Source: Candidatus Levyibacteriota bacterium
GTDB taxonomy: Bacteria > Patescibacteriota > Microgenomatia > Levybacterales > UBA12049
Reading direction: 5' to 3'
Assembly: GCA_049519175.1 (NCBI GenBank)
Contig: JBEKQZ010000002.1
Location: 70,782 to 134,781 of the forward strand
DNA length: 64,000 nucleotides
Both the position numbers and the translations under genes were made by a program. Each line of letters opens with the position of its first letter. Within the stretch, counting starts at the first letter, position 1. Below are positions 1-9,538 of the stretch, piece by piece. Under the pieces are notes generated by a model. That model saw nothing but the letters and a program-made list of their open reading frames with translations. It was not told the DNA's origin and made no database searches.

Positions 1-2
1 CA

Positions 3-341
3 AAACCAGCAGAAACAGAAGGCGAAGTACAAGTTAAATTTTCAATTAACCCTGAGCCTGAAGTCCCAGATGAACAAATAACGCCAGTTAAGCCAAGAAT
101 CGCTCAACCGCCAGTTGAAACATCGGCAACAGGCGAAAAACCGACAAAACCAGCCAGAAAAAGAAAACCACCAACCGAAACAGCCGTTAAACTTGCGACA
201 GCCGACAGAGGACTACGTCTTCCAGGAAATAAAACTGAAACACCCGAACAATCGGCAGCCAGAATAAGTCAAACCGCCAATAATGCCGTTGCCAATTTGC
301 AAAGAGCAGTTAGAGGAAAATCCTCTTCTTCAACTCAGTAA
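3..341 (+). CDS. 3' end of a Lys/Pro/Glu-rich hypothetical protein (5' end lies outside the window)
   Basis: Open frame 3 runs from the window edge to TAA at 339-341. It is not in the ORF track because it has no Met. Its composition resembles the next ORF (PEPKP-rich). Confidence 0.35.
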   Translation, partial: KPAETEGEVQVKFSINPEPEVPDEQITPVKPRIAQPPVETSATGEKPTKPARKRKPPTETAVKLATADRGLRLPGNKTETPEQSAARISQTANNAVANLQRAVRGKSSSSTQ

Positions 342-387
342 TTGCAATTATTTTTCAAGATTGTTTTAATAGGTTTGGAGGAAGATT

Positions 388-1062
388 ATGACAGATGCCG
401 CAATATTAGAAGGACTGGCCAGACCGGAACCAAGAGCAAAACCACAACCGCAAAAGCTGGTCAACACAGATACTTCTGCTGTGCCCGCTGCAGCGGAAAA
501 ATCAACAGCAGATCAACTCGCTGAGGCAACTACCATTGATGACACATTGCGGATTTTAAGAAGAACCGCTGAACCACCTCCGCCACTCACTTTTTGGCAA
601 AGATTAAGAGGCGGTAGAAAATCAAATTCAACACCTACTTCCATAACTCCTAAACCTGCGCCCGAACCTAAACCCGCACTTGAACCTGCGCCCGAACCTG
701 AACCCAAACCCGTACGCGAATCGGCTATAAAAACAAGGGCAACAGATGGCGGTGATGTATTAAGACCACCGGCAGAGATGTCATCAGAAGGTGTAGCGGA
801 AAGATTAAAGCAAGGACCAGGACCAATATTAACTGAGGAACAGAAAAAAACCGCACGAGTTGCTCAAGAGCGAATCGCTGCGGCGATAGAGAGTGGTTCG
901 ACTATTGGTAATGCCGGAGTTGGCGCCCTACAAAGAGATGAAGACCCCGCTGCCGCAGAAACTCTTGCTAAAATAACCATTAAACCGGCGGCAACGGTAG
1001 ATGAAGCCATTGAACAATTAGCAAAAACTGTGCCGGAAGAACAAAAACCATTTACTCCCTAA
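388..1062 (+). CDS. hypothetical protein with a PEPKPAPEP proline-rich linker
   Basis: 224-aa ORF with a low-complexity PAPEPKPALEPAPEPEPKP segment. No recognisable catalytic motif. Confidence 0.5.
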   Translation: MTDAAILEGLARPEPRAKPQPQKLVNTDTSAVPAAAEKSTADQLAEATTIDDTLRILRRTAEPPPPLTFWQRLRGGRKSNSTPTSITPKPAPEPKPALEPAPEPEPKPVRESAIKTRATDGGDVLRPPAEMSSEGVAERLKQGPGPILTEEQKKTARVAQERIAAAIESGSTIGNAGVGALQRDEDPAAAETLAKITIKPAATVDEAIEQLAKTVPEEQKPFTP

Positions 1063-1120
1063 CTATCAAATGACTTGCAAATTGTCCTCTAATGTGATTT
1101 AATAGGCCCCTAGTAAAATT

Positions 1121-1894
1121 ATGGTTGAAAATATAAGTGCATCAACAACTCAAATCGCTAATGTCGACATAGCCGGTGCTGCTGAAAAAGTATTAGATCC
1201 GGCCGATGCCGCAGTTAAAATATGGAAGAGTACGGCATCATACCGAAATCTTACGAGACCGTGGTGGAAGCCAGCCAAAAAATTTCCAAGACCCGCCTTT
1301 AAACTAGAACAACAGCTTTTGGGAGAAATACCCGCTAGTAAACGCATTACAACAAAGCAGTTCGGTCTCTTTCTGTCGGAAACTTGGAAAGTAGAGAAAA
1401 AAGCCAGAGCTCTGGAACGCAGAAAAGCGGCGGAAAAAGCCGCGCTATTAGCCAGGTCCCTAAGCATTTACCCTTACCGACCGGATTTAAGCGGAGATGA
1501 AACCGGTTTAGGGCTAGCCAAACCGACAATGGTAGAAGTAGGAAAGAATCGCTTTCCCGTAAAAGTCTGGCCACCGGAAAACGAAATCCGACGGTCAGTA
1601 GTAGCTTCAAAAGTGCGTGGCGAGAAACCCGAACGCGTTCATCTAAACGTAAGGGCTGAAAAAGCTCTCAAAGCAATTATATATTTCGTCACTGACCCGC
1701 TAAATAATGGTCTCACTGCCTTGAAATTAAATTGGAAATTAAATTGGTGGCCGGCGCTAAAAAGAGAGTTCTCTGACCAAAACGCTACTAAGGCGCCACA
1801 AGCAAAATTAAATAGAGCCTCATCATTCGAAATCCCTGAACACGAAACATATTTATCTCGCCGCATCCGGCTTGCGGAATCACCTAACGAATAA
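1121..1894 (+). CDS. hypothetical protein
   Basis: 257-aa ORF with no recognisable motifs. Confidence 0.45.
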   Translation: MVENISASTTQIANVDIAGAAEKVLDPADAAVKIWKSTASYRNLTRPWWKPAKKFPRPAFKLEQQLLGEIPASKRITTKQFGLFLSETWKVEKKARALERRKAAEKAALLARSLSIYPYRPDLSGDETGLGLAKPTMVEVGKNRFPVKVWPPENEIRRSVVASKVRGEKPERVHLNVRAEKALKAIIYFVTDPLNNGLTALKLNWKLNWWPALKREFSDQNATKAPQAKLNRASSFEIPEHETYLSRRIRLAESPNE

Positions 1895-1955
1895 CCTTCT
1901 GTAAAAATACATTTTGCCACTTTACAAACTTTTTTATTTTGCTAAACTAGTCTGA

Positions 1956-2189
1956 ATGACTGAAAAGTTTCGGCCTGATTTGAACCCGAATGAACCACGA
2001 GGAGCAGCAACCCCAGCGCCAGATTCCGCAGTTCCTCAAACATTTTCACCTTACACTTCCCATCGCGAAATCCCACATGAATGTGGCGATGCTTGCCTTC
2101 CCGGCAGCGGTGATCCAGATTCCTTCAATCCAGATACCGGTGGCTTTGATCATATTGTAATTAGATCAACGGGACCAACCGAAGACTAA
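1956..2189 (+). CDS. small hypothetical protein
   Basis: 77-aa ORF that is Cys/His/Asp rich. Confidence 0.2.
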   Translation: MTEKFRPDLNPNEPRGAATPAPDSAVPQTFSPYTSHREIPHECGDACLPGSGDPDSFNPDTGGFDHIVIRSTGPTED

Positions 2190-2233
2190 TTTTCTCTTGC
2201 ATTCTCCAAAAACTTGTGTCATTATAATTTTCT

Positions 2234-2968
2234 GTGGACGAACACAAACTAACCAAGAAAGAAAAGAAGGAATTACGCAAACTCGAGTGGCAGGAAAAAG
2301 CTAAACTTGAAGCTAGAAATGCAAAAATTAAAAAAAATGCACTGTGGATAGGCGTTGCTTTAATCTTTTTGATTGTGATTGGCGTTTTGTTTGCCGCCGT
2401 CTCCGGTCCTACAGCATCGACTACTCCGAGCATTACTATCGCGCCGGTTTCCAGTCGCGATATTTCTGCCGGCAATCCAAAAGCCAAAGTAACGCTGATT
2501 GAATACGCCGATTTTCAGTGTCCGGCTTGCGCCGTTTACCATCCGGTTGTCGACCAGTTACTGAACATCTATAAAAATAAGCTTTTTTATGTTTACCGTA
2601 TGTTTCCACTCGAACAAGCTCACCAAAATGCGCTCGTTTCCGCAGAAGCTGCTTACGCGGCTTACCAACAAAACGCTTTTTTTAGTTACGGCGACCTGCT
2701 TTTTGCCAAACAAAACGATTGGGCCACTTTACAAGACCCAACCGCCGTCTTTTTAAGCTACGCCCAGAGTTTAAAGCTGGACGTTACTAAATTTAAAACC
2801 GACCTGAATTCTTCTGCCACCCAAAAATATGTCAAGGATTCCGAAAACGAGGCTTTAAACGAAGGCATCAACTCCACTCCGAGCTTTTCTATTAACGGTA
2901 AACTGATTCAAAATCCCGACAACTTAGCGGATTTCCAGAAATTAATTAATGCAGCACTTTCTCAATAA
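2234..2968 (+). CDS. DsbA-like thiol:disulfide oxidoreductase (thioredoxin fold), membrane anchored
   Basis: N-terminal TM helix followed by the motif ADFQCPACAVYHP (CxxC of the DsbA family). A C-terminal thioredoxin-like region is present. Confidence 0.8.
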   Translation: MDEHKLTKKEKKELRKLEWQEKAKLEARNAKIKKNALWIGVALIFLIVIGVLFAAVSGPTASTTPSITIAPVSSRDISAGNPKAKVTLIEYADFQCPACAVYHPVVDQLLNIYKNKLFYVYRMFPLEQAHQNALVSAEAAYAAYQQNAFFSYGDLLFAKQNDWATLQDPTAVFLSYAQSLKLDVTKFKTDLNSSATQKYVKDSENEALNEGINSTPSFSINGKLIQNPDNLADFQKLINAALSQ

Positions 2969-3383
2969 CAGACTGATTTTTTATTCCGCGATTCTAGCCT
3001 TTTTGGGCTTTTTGGATTCTTTGTATTTGACCATTTCGCACTATAAAAACATTGTGCCGCCTTGCACCCTTCACGGTTGCGAAGCGGTTTTGACCAGCAG
3101 CTTTTCGACGATCGGCCCCATTCCCCTGGCGCTTTTCGGCGTGCTGTTTTATCTGGCGGTAATTATTATTTGTGTTTTAATTGTAACTGAGAAAAAAAAT
3201 GAACTTTTGAAATTTTTTCACTTTGCAGTTTTGGTCGGATTTTTATTTTCCGTGGTTTTATTCTTGATACAATTGCTGATTTTGAAATCTTTCTGCCAGT
3301 ATTGTTTACTCTCCGAAGTCATCGCCACGGGGCTTTTGATTCTCTCGTTTTTGCAACTCCGCGAAAACAAAAAAAATATTTAA
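2949..3383 (+). CDS. vitamin K epoxide reductase (VKOR) family membrane protein
   Basis: CTLHGC near the first TM helix and a CQYC motif near the last helix; 4-5 TM helices. It overlaps the stop of the DsbA-like gene, which is the classic DsbA-VKOR pairing. Confidence 0.75.
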   Translation: MQHFLNNRLIFYSAILAFLGFLDSLYLTISHYKNIVPPCTLHGCEAVLTSSFSTIGPIPLALFGVLFYLAVIIICVLIVTEKKNELLKFFHFAVLVGFLFSVVLFLIQLLILKSFCQYCLLSEVIATGLLILSFLQLRENKKNI

Positions 3384-3649
3384 TATTTCGTATTAAGCAA
3401 CCCGTATAATTCATTAAAAAACTTTATATTCGAGAAGGTAATTCATTTGCGAAAGAATTGAAAGACGGCTCTATATTCCATTTTATTTTATATTGAATTT
3501 CGTAGCCGGCTTTCATTTAGCGAACGGTGAGTTTTTGATAAATAAGTGAATTCTGGCGAGCGTCTTGAGCAAATGTGATTACCCTCGAGAATTCTAAATA
3601 AACCTCGGCGAAAAATTAGAAATTAGAAATTAAGAATTGAAATTTAAGG

Positions 3650-4222
3650 TTAGACGTATTCTTCGGCGCGTTTGTAGTTTTGGATTTCTTCCGGCGTAAA
3701 CCACAAAGCTTTTTCGACATTGGCTTCTTCCAAGCTGGCGGAAATGTGCACAAGATTGGTTACTCCCCGCTTCTCGGCGTTGGCATAAGCCGCCGAATCG
3801 GTCGAATAATCGCCGCGGATTGTCCCCGCCGGAGCGTCAACCGGCATTGTCGGTCCAGCCGCCGCAATCGCGTTGTCAACCGCGTGTTTTCCTTCCAAAA
3901 TCATCACTACCATCGGTCCGGATTTAACGTAATCAAATAGCCAACCTTTAACCATTTTGCCCAGTTCCATCGGGTCATCCGTCCCCAAGTCTTTTTTGGC
4001 GTCTTTACCGTATTGCGTGTAAGTTTTTAAAGTTTTTTCGCCCCACCTTAAGAGTGTTTTCGGGTCGTCGGCATTGTAGTGTTTGAGAAGTACTTCGTCC
4101 TTGGCCAAAACCATTTTCATGGCGACAATTTTTAACCCCATCCGCTCGAAGCGGCTGATTATTTTCCCAACCAAGCCTCTTTTGACTCCGTCGGGCTTAA
4201 CCATTACGCATGTCTGTTCCAT
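3650..4222 (-). CDS. ndk: nucleoside diphosphate kinase
   Basis: MEQTCVMVKPDGVKRGLVGKIISRFE...HISASLEEANVEKALWF matches the NDK signature with the active-site His. It is longer than typical NDKs and contains an internal insertion. Confidence 0.85.
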   Translation of the reverse strand: MEQTCVMVKPDGVKRGLVGKIISRFERMGLKIVAMKMVLAKDEVLLKHYNADDPKTLLRWGEKTLKTYTQYGKDAKKDLGTDDPMELGKMVKGWLFDYVKSGPMVVMILEGKHAVDNAIAAAGPTMPVDAPAGTIRGDYSTDSAAYANAEKRGVTNLVHISASLEEANVEKALWFTPEEIQNYKRAEEYV

Positions 4223-4224
4223 AG

Positions 4225-5508
4225 TTAAAATTTTAGCAACTTTTCAAAGCGTTGTCTATCAGGAAAATTACCGATAATCGCCAGATTCAATTGGCTTTGC
4301 TTAAAATACTTTTTGGCGGCCGCTTCAACCTCTTCCATAGTCACTTTGTCGATTTTGGCCATCAATTCTTCCGGCGTTTCAATTTTCTTTTCCAAAATCT
4401 CGGCCAGTCCATAAAACCAAGCAACAGCATGACTATTTTCAAGCCCTAAAACTATATGTCCTTTTAAAAACTCTTTGGCTTTGTTAAGTTCTTTTTCTGT
4501 TAGATTAGCTTTACCTTTGGAGAATTTAGAGTATTCTTCCATTATCACTTTTATTCCATCCTCAACTTTTTCTCTATCAAGTCCCGCTATTGAATATAAA
4601 GTACCGGCATCTTGGTAGTTTTCAGATGTTGTACCTACGTAATAGGCTAACCCTCTTTTTTCGCGAACTTCTGAAAATAGCCTCGAACTCATCCCTCCCC
4701 CCAGGATAGAAGCCAAAACTTGAAAAATGTGTTTTTCTTCGTCAACTATTGAAACTGTTCTAAAACCGACTGCCAAATGTACTTGTTCTGTATCTTTCTG
4801 TTTTATATTAAGAGCTGGTTTGATCTGGTTCTCAACTAGTTTTTTATATCTTAACGTATCGAAAGATTTCATTTTCCCGAAATACTTTTCAATTAGTTCT
4901 TCTACTCTTTCCGTGTCAATTCCACCCGCTACGACGACAGTTATATTATCTGCGCTGTATAAACTACCTATATAATCAACAAAATCCTGCCTGGTAATGT
5001 TTTTTATGACTTCTTTTCTCCCTCCAATATCCCATCCCATTGGAGTATCCCCATATAAAAGCTCGGGATAAAGATCAAGTATTTTCCTTGAAGGGGTATC
5101 TTCATAAAGATTTAGTTCTTGAATAATAACTCCTTTTTCTTTTTCAATTTCGATCTTATCCAGCTTGGAATTCTGTAGCATGTCCGAAAGCACATCTAGA
5201 GATAATTCCAAATGAGTTACGGGAGATTTGATATGATAACCAGTAAACTCTCTTTCTGTAAAAGCATTAAATTCACCACCTACTCCGTCTATCAATATTG
5301 CAATATCCTGGGCGGTTGGTCGTTTGGCGGTTCCCTTAAACGCCATATGCTCTAAAAAGTGGGAGATGCCGTTGTTCTGCCTGTTTTCGTAGCGGCTGCC
5401 GGCTCCAACCATTACCATGGCAGTGGCGCTTTCAAACGAAGGCATGGGAATCGTGATGACTCTTAAACCATTCTGGAGGACTTTTCGCGTATATTTCATC
5501 GACATCAT
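4225..5508 (-). CDS. M16 family zinc peptidase (insulinase/pitrilysin-like)
   Basis: Inverted zinc-binding motif HFLEHMAFKGT (HxxEH) near the N-terminus. Its 427-aa length is typical of M16B. Confidence 0.85.
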   Translation of the reverse strand: MMSMKYTRKVLQNGLRVITIPMPSFESATAMVMVGAGSRYENRQNNGISHFLEHMAFKGTAKRPTAQDIAILIDGVGGEFNAFTEREFTGYHIKSPVTHLELSLDVLSDMLQNSKLDKIEIEKEKGVIIQELNLYEDTPSRKILDLYPELLYGDTPMGWDIGGRKEVIKNITRQDFVDYIGSLYSADNITVVVAGGIDTERVEELIEKYFGKMKSFDTLRYKKLVENQIKPALNIKQKDTEQVHLAVGFRTVSIVDEEKHIFQVLASILGGGMSSRLFSEVREKRGLAYYVGTTSENYQDAGTLYSIAGLDREKVEDGIKVIMEEYSKFSKGKANLTEKELNKAKEFLKGHIVLGLENSHAVAWFYGLAEILEKKIETPEELMAKIDKVTMEEVEAAAKKYFKQSQLNLAIIGNFPDRQRFEKLLKF

Positions 5509-5544
5509 TATAGCAAGTTCTGTAAGATTTTAGAAGCCTTCCAA

Positions 5545-5778
5545 TTATTCAGGCTCTGCATGAGGAACGCTAGCTGAAAATTCTCCAGGATGAGCTTTAA
5601 CCCAAGCTTTCCATCGCTCGCCTGTTAGTGTTCCTGCTGATTCTGCCAACGGTTTTATTCCCCTTTCCTGCATCACTGTGGCAAGTCCCGGAACCTCATC
5701 AAGAACTGCCCATGGATCTTCTGGCTGTCCTACGGGTCGTGGAACAGATGATGGTAATTCGTGTATTTGCTTTGGCAT
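5545..5778 (-). CDS. small hypothetical protein
   Basis: 77-aa ORF. Its local GC is higher than its surroundings. No motif is recognisable. Confidence 0.25.
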   Translation of the reverse strand: MPKQIHELPSSVPRPVGQPEDPWAVLDEVPGLATVMQERGIKPLAESAGTLTGERWKAWVKAHPGEFSASVPHAEPE

Positions 5779-5825
5779 ATTGGAATTGATTTTATAACTT
5801 TTTTACCAGAAGTCAAGCCTTATTT

Positions 5826-7610
5826 TTACATATGTTCCGGGACGGTGACACCGAGAAGACTAAGCCCATTTTTAATAATTTGCCCTGTTCCAAGAGTTAA
5901 AGCCAAACGGAAATTTTCCCGGTCGCTCCCTATAATTTTATGTTTTTGATAAAAAAGATTGAATTTTTGAGCCAAATCAAATAAATACTCGCAGACAACG
6001 TTGGGAGAAAAAGTTGCTACAGAATTTTCGACTATTGCTTCAAACATGCTTATCTCGCGGAGCAAAGACAGCTCTTCGGAATTTAAATCTGGTATGTCCT
6101 TGAAATTAATTTGTTTGCCGGATTTCTGCCAAACGCTTTGCACCCTGACATAGGCATATTGCATATATGGACCCGAATTGCCCTGCATATTCAAAACATC
6201 ATCCCAATCAAACACAATATCTTGCTCCGAATCTCTTTTTAAATCATTCCACTTAAGTGCTCCAATGGCAACTTTCTGCGTAATATCTTCCCGTTTACTT
6301 TGTCCCCCGACAATATGAGTTGCTTTAATTTTATTTTCCTCATCAATTCCGACTCTCATTGCAATATTACCGGCTTTTTCAATTGCCATTTTTAACACGT
6401 CTTCCAGCCAAATCGTATTGCCTTTTCTGGTGGACATTTTTTCGTCTTTAAATCGGTAGTGACCGTGTCTTTTATGGATTCTCTGCCCTTCTTTAAACCA
6501 CCCCAGCATTTTTTCGGCTTCGAAAAGCTGTTTAAAATACAAGGTCTGCTCAGCCCCAACTTCATTAATTATAACTATGTCTTCCCCGTATTTCTCACGC
6601 CTGAACTTATCCGTCGCCAAATCCCTGGTCGCATACAAAGTGGCGCCGTCTTTTTTAATAATCATCAGCGGAGGGAATCTGTCTTCTGGGAAAAAGATTA
6701 ATTTTGCCCCTTGGCTTTCTTTGAGCAGCTTTTTGCTTTCAAGCTCTTCGACAACATCTTTTAGTCTATTTTCAAAATACGCTTCACCATAACCCAAACC
6801 ATTATTCTCGGTAAATTTAATGTTAAGCTCTTGATAAATTTTTGTGAATTCTTTTAATGACCAGTCTACGCATTTCTTCCACAGTCTTCTCGCTTCCGGA
6901 TCTCCATCTTCCAGTTTTTTGAACCATTCTCTGGCTTTATCTTCCAGTTCTGGATTTTTTTCTGCCTCCTCATGAAACCTTACATACAAATCAACCAATT
7001 CTTTTACGGGATTTTCCGATTTCTCAATTTCTTCTTCATTCCCCCAAGTTTTAATCGCATAAATCTGCTTTCCAAATTGTGTGCCCCAATCTCCAAGGTG
7101 ATTATCACGGAAAACTTTCCACCCATTTGCCGCGAGTAGATTCGCAATTGCATCTCCGATAATTGTTGACCTAAGATGGCCAACGGTGAAAGGTTTAGCT
7201 ATATTTGGCGAGGAATATTCAACAATAACTTTTTTGTTCGGATCGCAAAGTTTAGAACCAAATTGATCTTTTTGCTCCAAAACTTTTTTTAGCTGAGAAA
7301 GTAAATATTCTTTAGATAAATAAAAGTTAATGAAACCTGGATGTACGGCTTCAATTTTTTCAAACATTGATCTCTCGTTAAACGGTAAATCGTTAATTTT
7401 CCTTACTAGATACCCTGCGAGGTCATAAGTACCCTTAAATTTACCCTCTGATTTCGAAAGACTTCTGTAAATGACTAGAGCTATATTTGACGCAAAATCA
7501 CCATGTGATTTTTCTTTAGGTTGCTCAATCTTAAATGAGGACACTAGGGGAACTAAATCTGTGCTTATCTTCTTTAATAGTGAGTAAATTTTTGCTTTCG
7601 GCTCTTCCAT
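5826..7610 (-). CDS. argS: arginine--tRNA ligase
   Basis: Class I motifs are present: PNIAKPFTVGHLRSTIIGD (HIGH-like) and a C-terminal KMSTRKGN (KMSKS-like). The 594-aa length is typical. Confidence 0.9.
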   Translation of the reverse strand: MEEPKAKIYSLLKKISTDLVPLVSSFKIEQPKEKSHGDFASNIALVIYRSLSKSEGKFKGTYDLAGYLVRKINDLPFNERSMFEKIEAVHPGFINFYLSKEYLLSQLKKVLEQKDQFGSKLCDPNKKVIVEYSSPNIAKPFTVGHLRSTIIGDAIANLLAANGWKVFRDNHLGDWGTQFGKQIYAIKTWGNEEEIEKSENPVKELVDLYVRFHEEAEKNPELEDKAREWFKKLEDGDPEARRLWKKCVDWSLKEFTKIYQELNIKFTENNGLGYGEAYFENRLKDVVEELESKKLLKESQGAKLIFFPEDRFPPLMIIKKDGATLYATRDLATDKFRREKYGEDIVIINEVGAEQTLYFKQLFEAEKMLGWFKEGQRIHKRHGHYRFKDEKMSTRKGNTIWLEDVLKMAIEKAGNIAMRVGIDEENKIKATHIVGGQSKREDITQKVAIGALKWNDLKRDSEQDIVFDWDDVLNMQGNSGPYMQYAYVRVQSVWQKSGKQINFKDIPDLNSEELSLLREISMFEAIVENSVATFSPNVVCEYLFDLAQKFNLFYQKHKIIGSDRENFRLALTLGTGQIIKNGLSLLGVTVPEHM

Positions 7611-7723
7611 TTCACTTTCATTTTAGCACATCCAATTGAACAAATTTGCTGGACTTGCATTCAGCCCCGCTTTGGCCTAATATATTACCTAAGCTTTTGG
7701 ACTGCCGCCACTGCTGAATTTAT

Positions 7724-8449
7724 ATGTTATCTGTACTCGCTTATAATATTCATTTTGGGAAAAAATTAAATTTAATCGAAAAATGGCTACTCAAAAATCC
7801 AGCCAGATTTGACTTAGTCTGTCTACAAGAGTTTCCTTTTGACGAGAATTCTTCGCTTTTAACTACCTTTAAAAAACACGGCTTTGACTACAGATTCGCG
7901 CCTTCTTCATTTTTAACCAAACCGCTTTTGAAAAAGCAAAAATACGGAGAGCTAACAGTGTTTAAAAAAAACAAAATTCAGCTTCTGGATAGTTATGTTA
8001 TTAAACTCGGCGCCAATTTTTTGGAAAAAAGGTTTAGAATTGACGGACAAAAAACTTCACTACTTACCGTCTTTCGCTATCAGTATCAAAAAATTGTCAT
8101 CGCCAACTCCCAGCTTGTCTGTTACGCGCCCAATTCGCGCCGCATCAACCAGATTGCCAAAATTATTAAAAAAGTCGAGGCTTTAGACGACCACTCGCCG
8201 TTTTCAACCGTAATTTTGGGAGATTTTAATTACACTTCCCGCATCAGACAGAAAAAGCTGATTGAGTTTATGGCTAAAAACGACCTCGTAAATGCCTACA
8301 GAGCACACACTCACAAGTATTTTTTTATTCCCCAGCAGATTGATTATGTTTTTTACAACGGCTGTCATGTTGAAAACGTTAAAATCGGCAAAAGGATTAA
8401 ATATTCCGACCATTCTCCGGTTTGGTTCGACCTCGACTTGACGAAATAA
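7724..8449 (+). CDS. endonuclease/exonuclease/phosphatase (EEP) family protein
   Basis: Motifs LVCLQEF, GDFNYT and SDHSPVW match the EEP fold. Confidence 0.8.
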   Translation: MLSVLAYNIHFGKKLNLIEKWLLKNPARFDLVCLQEFPFDENSSLLTTFKKHGFDYRFAPSSFLTKPLLKKQKYGELTVFKKNKIQLLDSYVIKLGANFLEKRFRIDGQKTSLLTVFRYQYQKIVIANSQLVCYAPNSRRINQIAKIIKKVEALDDHSPFSTVILGDFNYTSRIRQKKLIEFMAKNDLVNAYRAHTHKYFFIPQQIDYVFYNGCHVENVKIGKRIKYSDHSPVWFDLDLTK

Positions 8450-8493
8450 TCCTCTTGCAATTTTTGGAAATTGCTGTTACGTTTAATATAGAT

Positions 8494-8859
8494 ATGAAAG
8501 TTCTCTTAATTGACGATGACTTGGATTTCGTTCACATCTTTGAAGCCGCGCTAAGTAAAGAAGGGTTTCAAACTGTTGCTAGTGGCACTGGCGAAGACGG
8601 TTTAGCTAAAGCCAAAAGCGAAAAACCGGATTTAATTTTACTCGACCAAGTGCTCCCCGACCTTTCCGGCAACGATGTTTTAAAAACTCTTAAGGCCGAC
8701 GACCAAACCAAAGTCATTCCGGTCATTTTCCTCTCCAATTTTAGCCAGGAGGAATTGGTCAAAGTCGCCTTGAATGAAGGCGCGGTCGATTATGTTTTTA
8801 AATATCAAGTTGAGCCAAAAGACGTCATCGCTAAAATAAAAGAAGTTCTAAAAGTTTAA
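8494..8859 (+). CDS. stand-alone response-regulator receiver domain protein
   Basis: MKVLLIDDDLDF...PDLILLDQVLPDLSGNDVLKTLKAD shows the CheY-like phospho-acceptor Asp and a conserved Lys. There is no output domain. The likely start is the ATG at 8494, inside the longer track ORF that starts at 8422. Confidence 0.8.
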   Translation: MKVLLIDDDLDFVHIFEAALSKEGFQTVASGTGEDGLAKAKSEKPDLILLDQVLPDLSGNDVLKTLKADDQTKVIPVIFLSNFSQEELVKVALNEGAVDYVFKYQVEPKDVIAKIKEVLKV

Positions 8860-8860
8860 T

Positions 8861-9175
8861 ATGCAACCAAACACCGATTACAAAAAGCTGTTAAGCGAAG
8901 TTATCCAAAAACAAATGGTTATTTTGGGCCCAAGCATTGCTTTGGCCAAAGCCAGAAATGTGAAAGGGCTGACGGTTGCCGACGACGGAACCGTCGTAAA
9001 CATCGACGGCCAACCGCAGGAATTAATTCAGGGTTTAATCGACCAGTTTGTCCAACTTTCAGGCTTGATTGTTAAAAAGACCATGGAACCATTGCTGTCG
9101 ATTTATCCAGACGGAGCAACTGACACATTAAAAGCGGCGGCGCCACCAGCGCCGACAGCGGAAGGAACAACCTAA
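8861..9175 (+). CDS. hypothetical protein
   Basis: 104-aa ORF tightly packed between the receiver and kinase genes. Confidence 0.4.
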   Translation: MQPNTDYKKLLSEVIQKQMVILGPSIALAKARNVKGLTVADDGTVVNIDGQPQELIQGLIDQFVQLSGLIVKKTMEPLLSIYPDGATDTLKAAAPPAPTAEGTT

Positions 9176-9523
9176 ATGATTGACACAACCAAACTTTTAG
9201 CCATTGCCGTTGAAGCGGGAGCTTTTATTTCTACTATGGCAGCACTGGTGGCGGCAGTGATTATGCTGCGGGTTACCCGTAAATTCGGCACCGGCATTTT
9301 GGCCAGCGGTTTTAAAGCCATTTCTTTCGGCGTTTTGTTTATCGCCTTAGGAATTTTGGTTGACGCCGTCCAAAATTACCTGCAAATCGAAGGTTTTACC
9401 GGCTTAGGACAATTTATTACCATTATTCTGTTTATTAAACTGATTTTGTTTGTCATCGGCACCTACATTATTGTTATCGGAAGCAAACGGACCGGCGACA
9501 AACTTGAATCGCTAACGAAATAA
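9176..9523 (+). CDS. small integral membrane protein
   Basis: 115 aa with 3-4 predicted TM helices. It starts 1 nt after the previous stop. Confidence 0.45.
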   Translation: MIDTTKLLAIAVEAGAFISTMAALVAAVIMLRVTRKFGTGILASGFKAISFGVLFIALGILVDAVQNYLQIEGFTGLGQFITIILFIKLILFVIGTYIIVIGSKRTGDKLESLTK

Positions 9524-9538
9524 TTTTCCAAACTGCCT

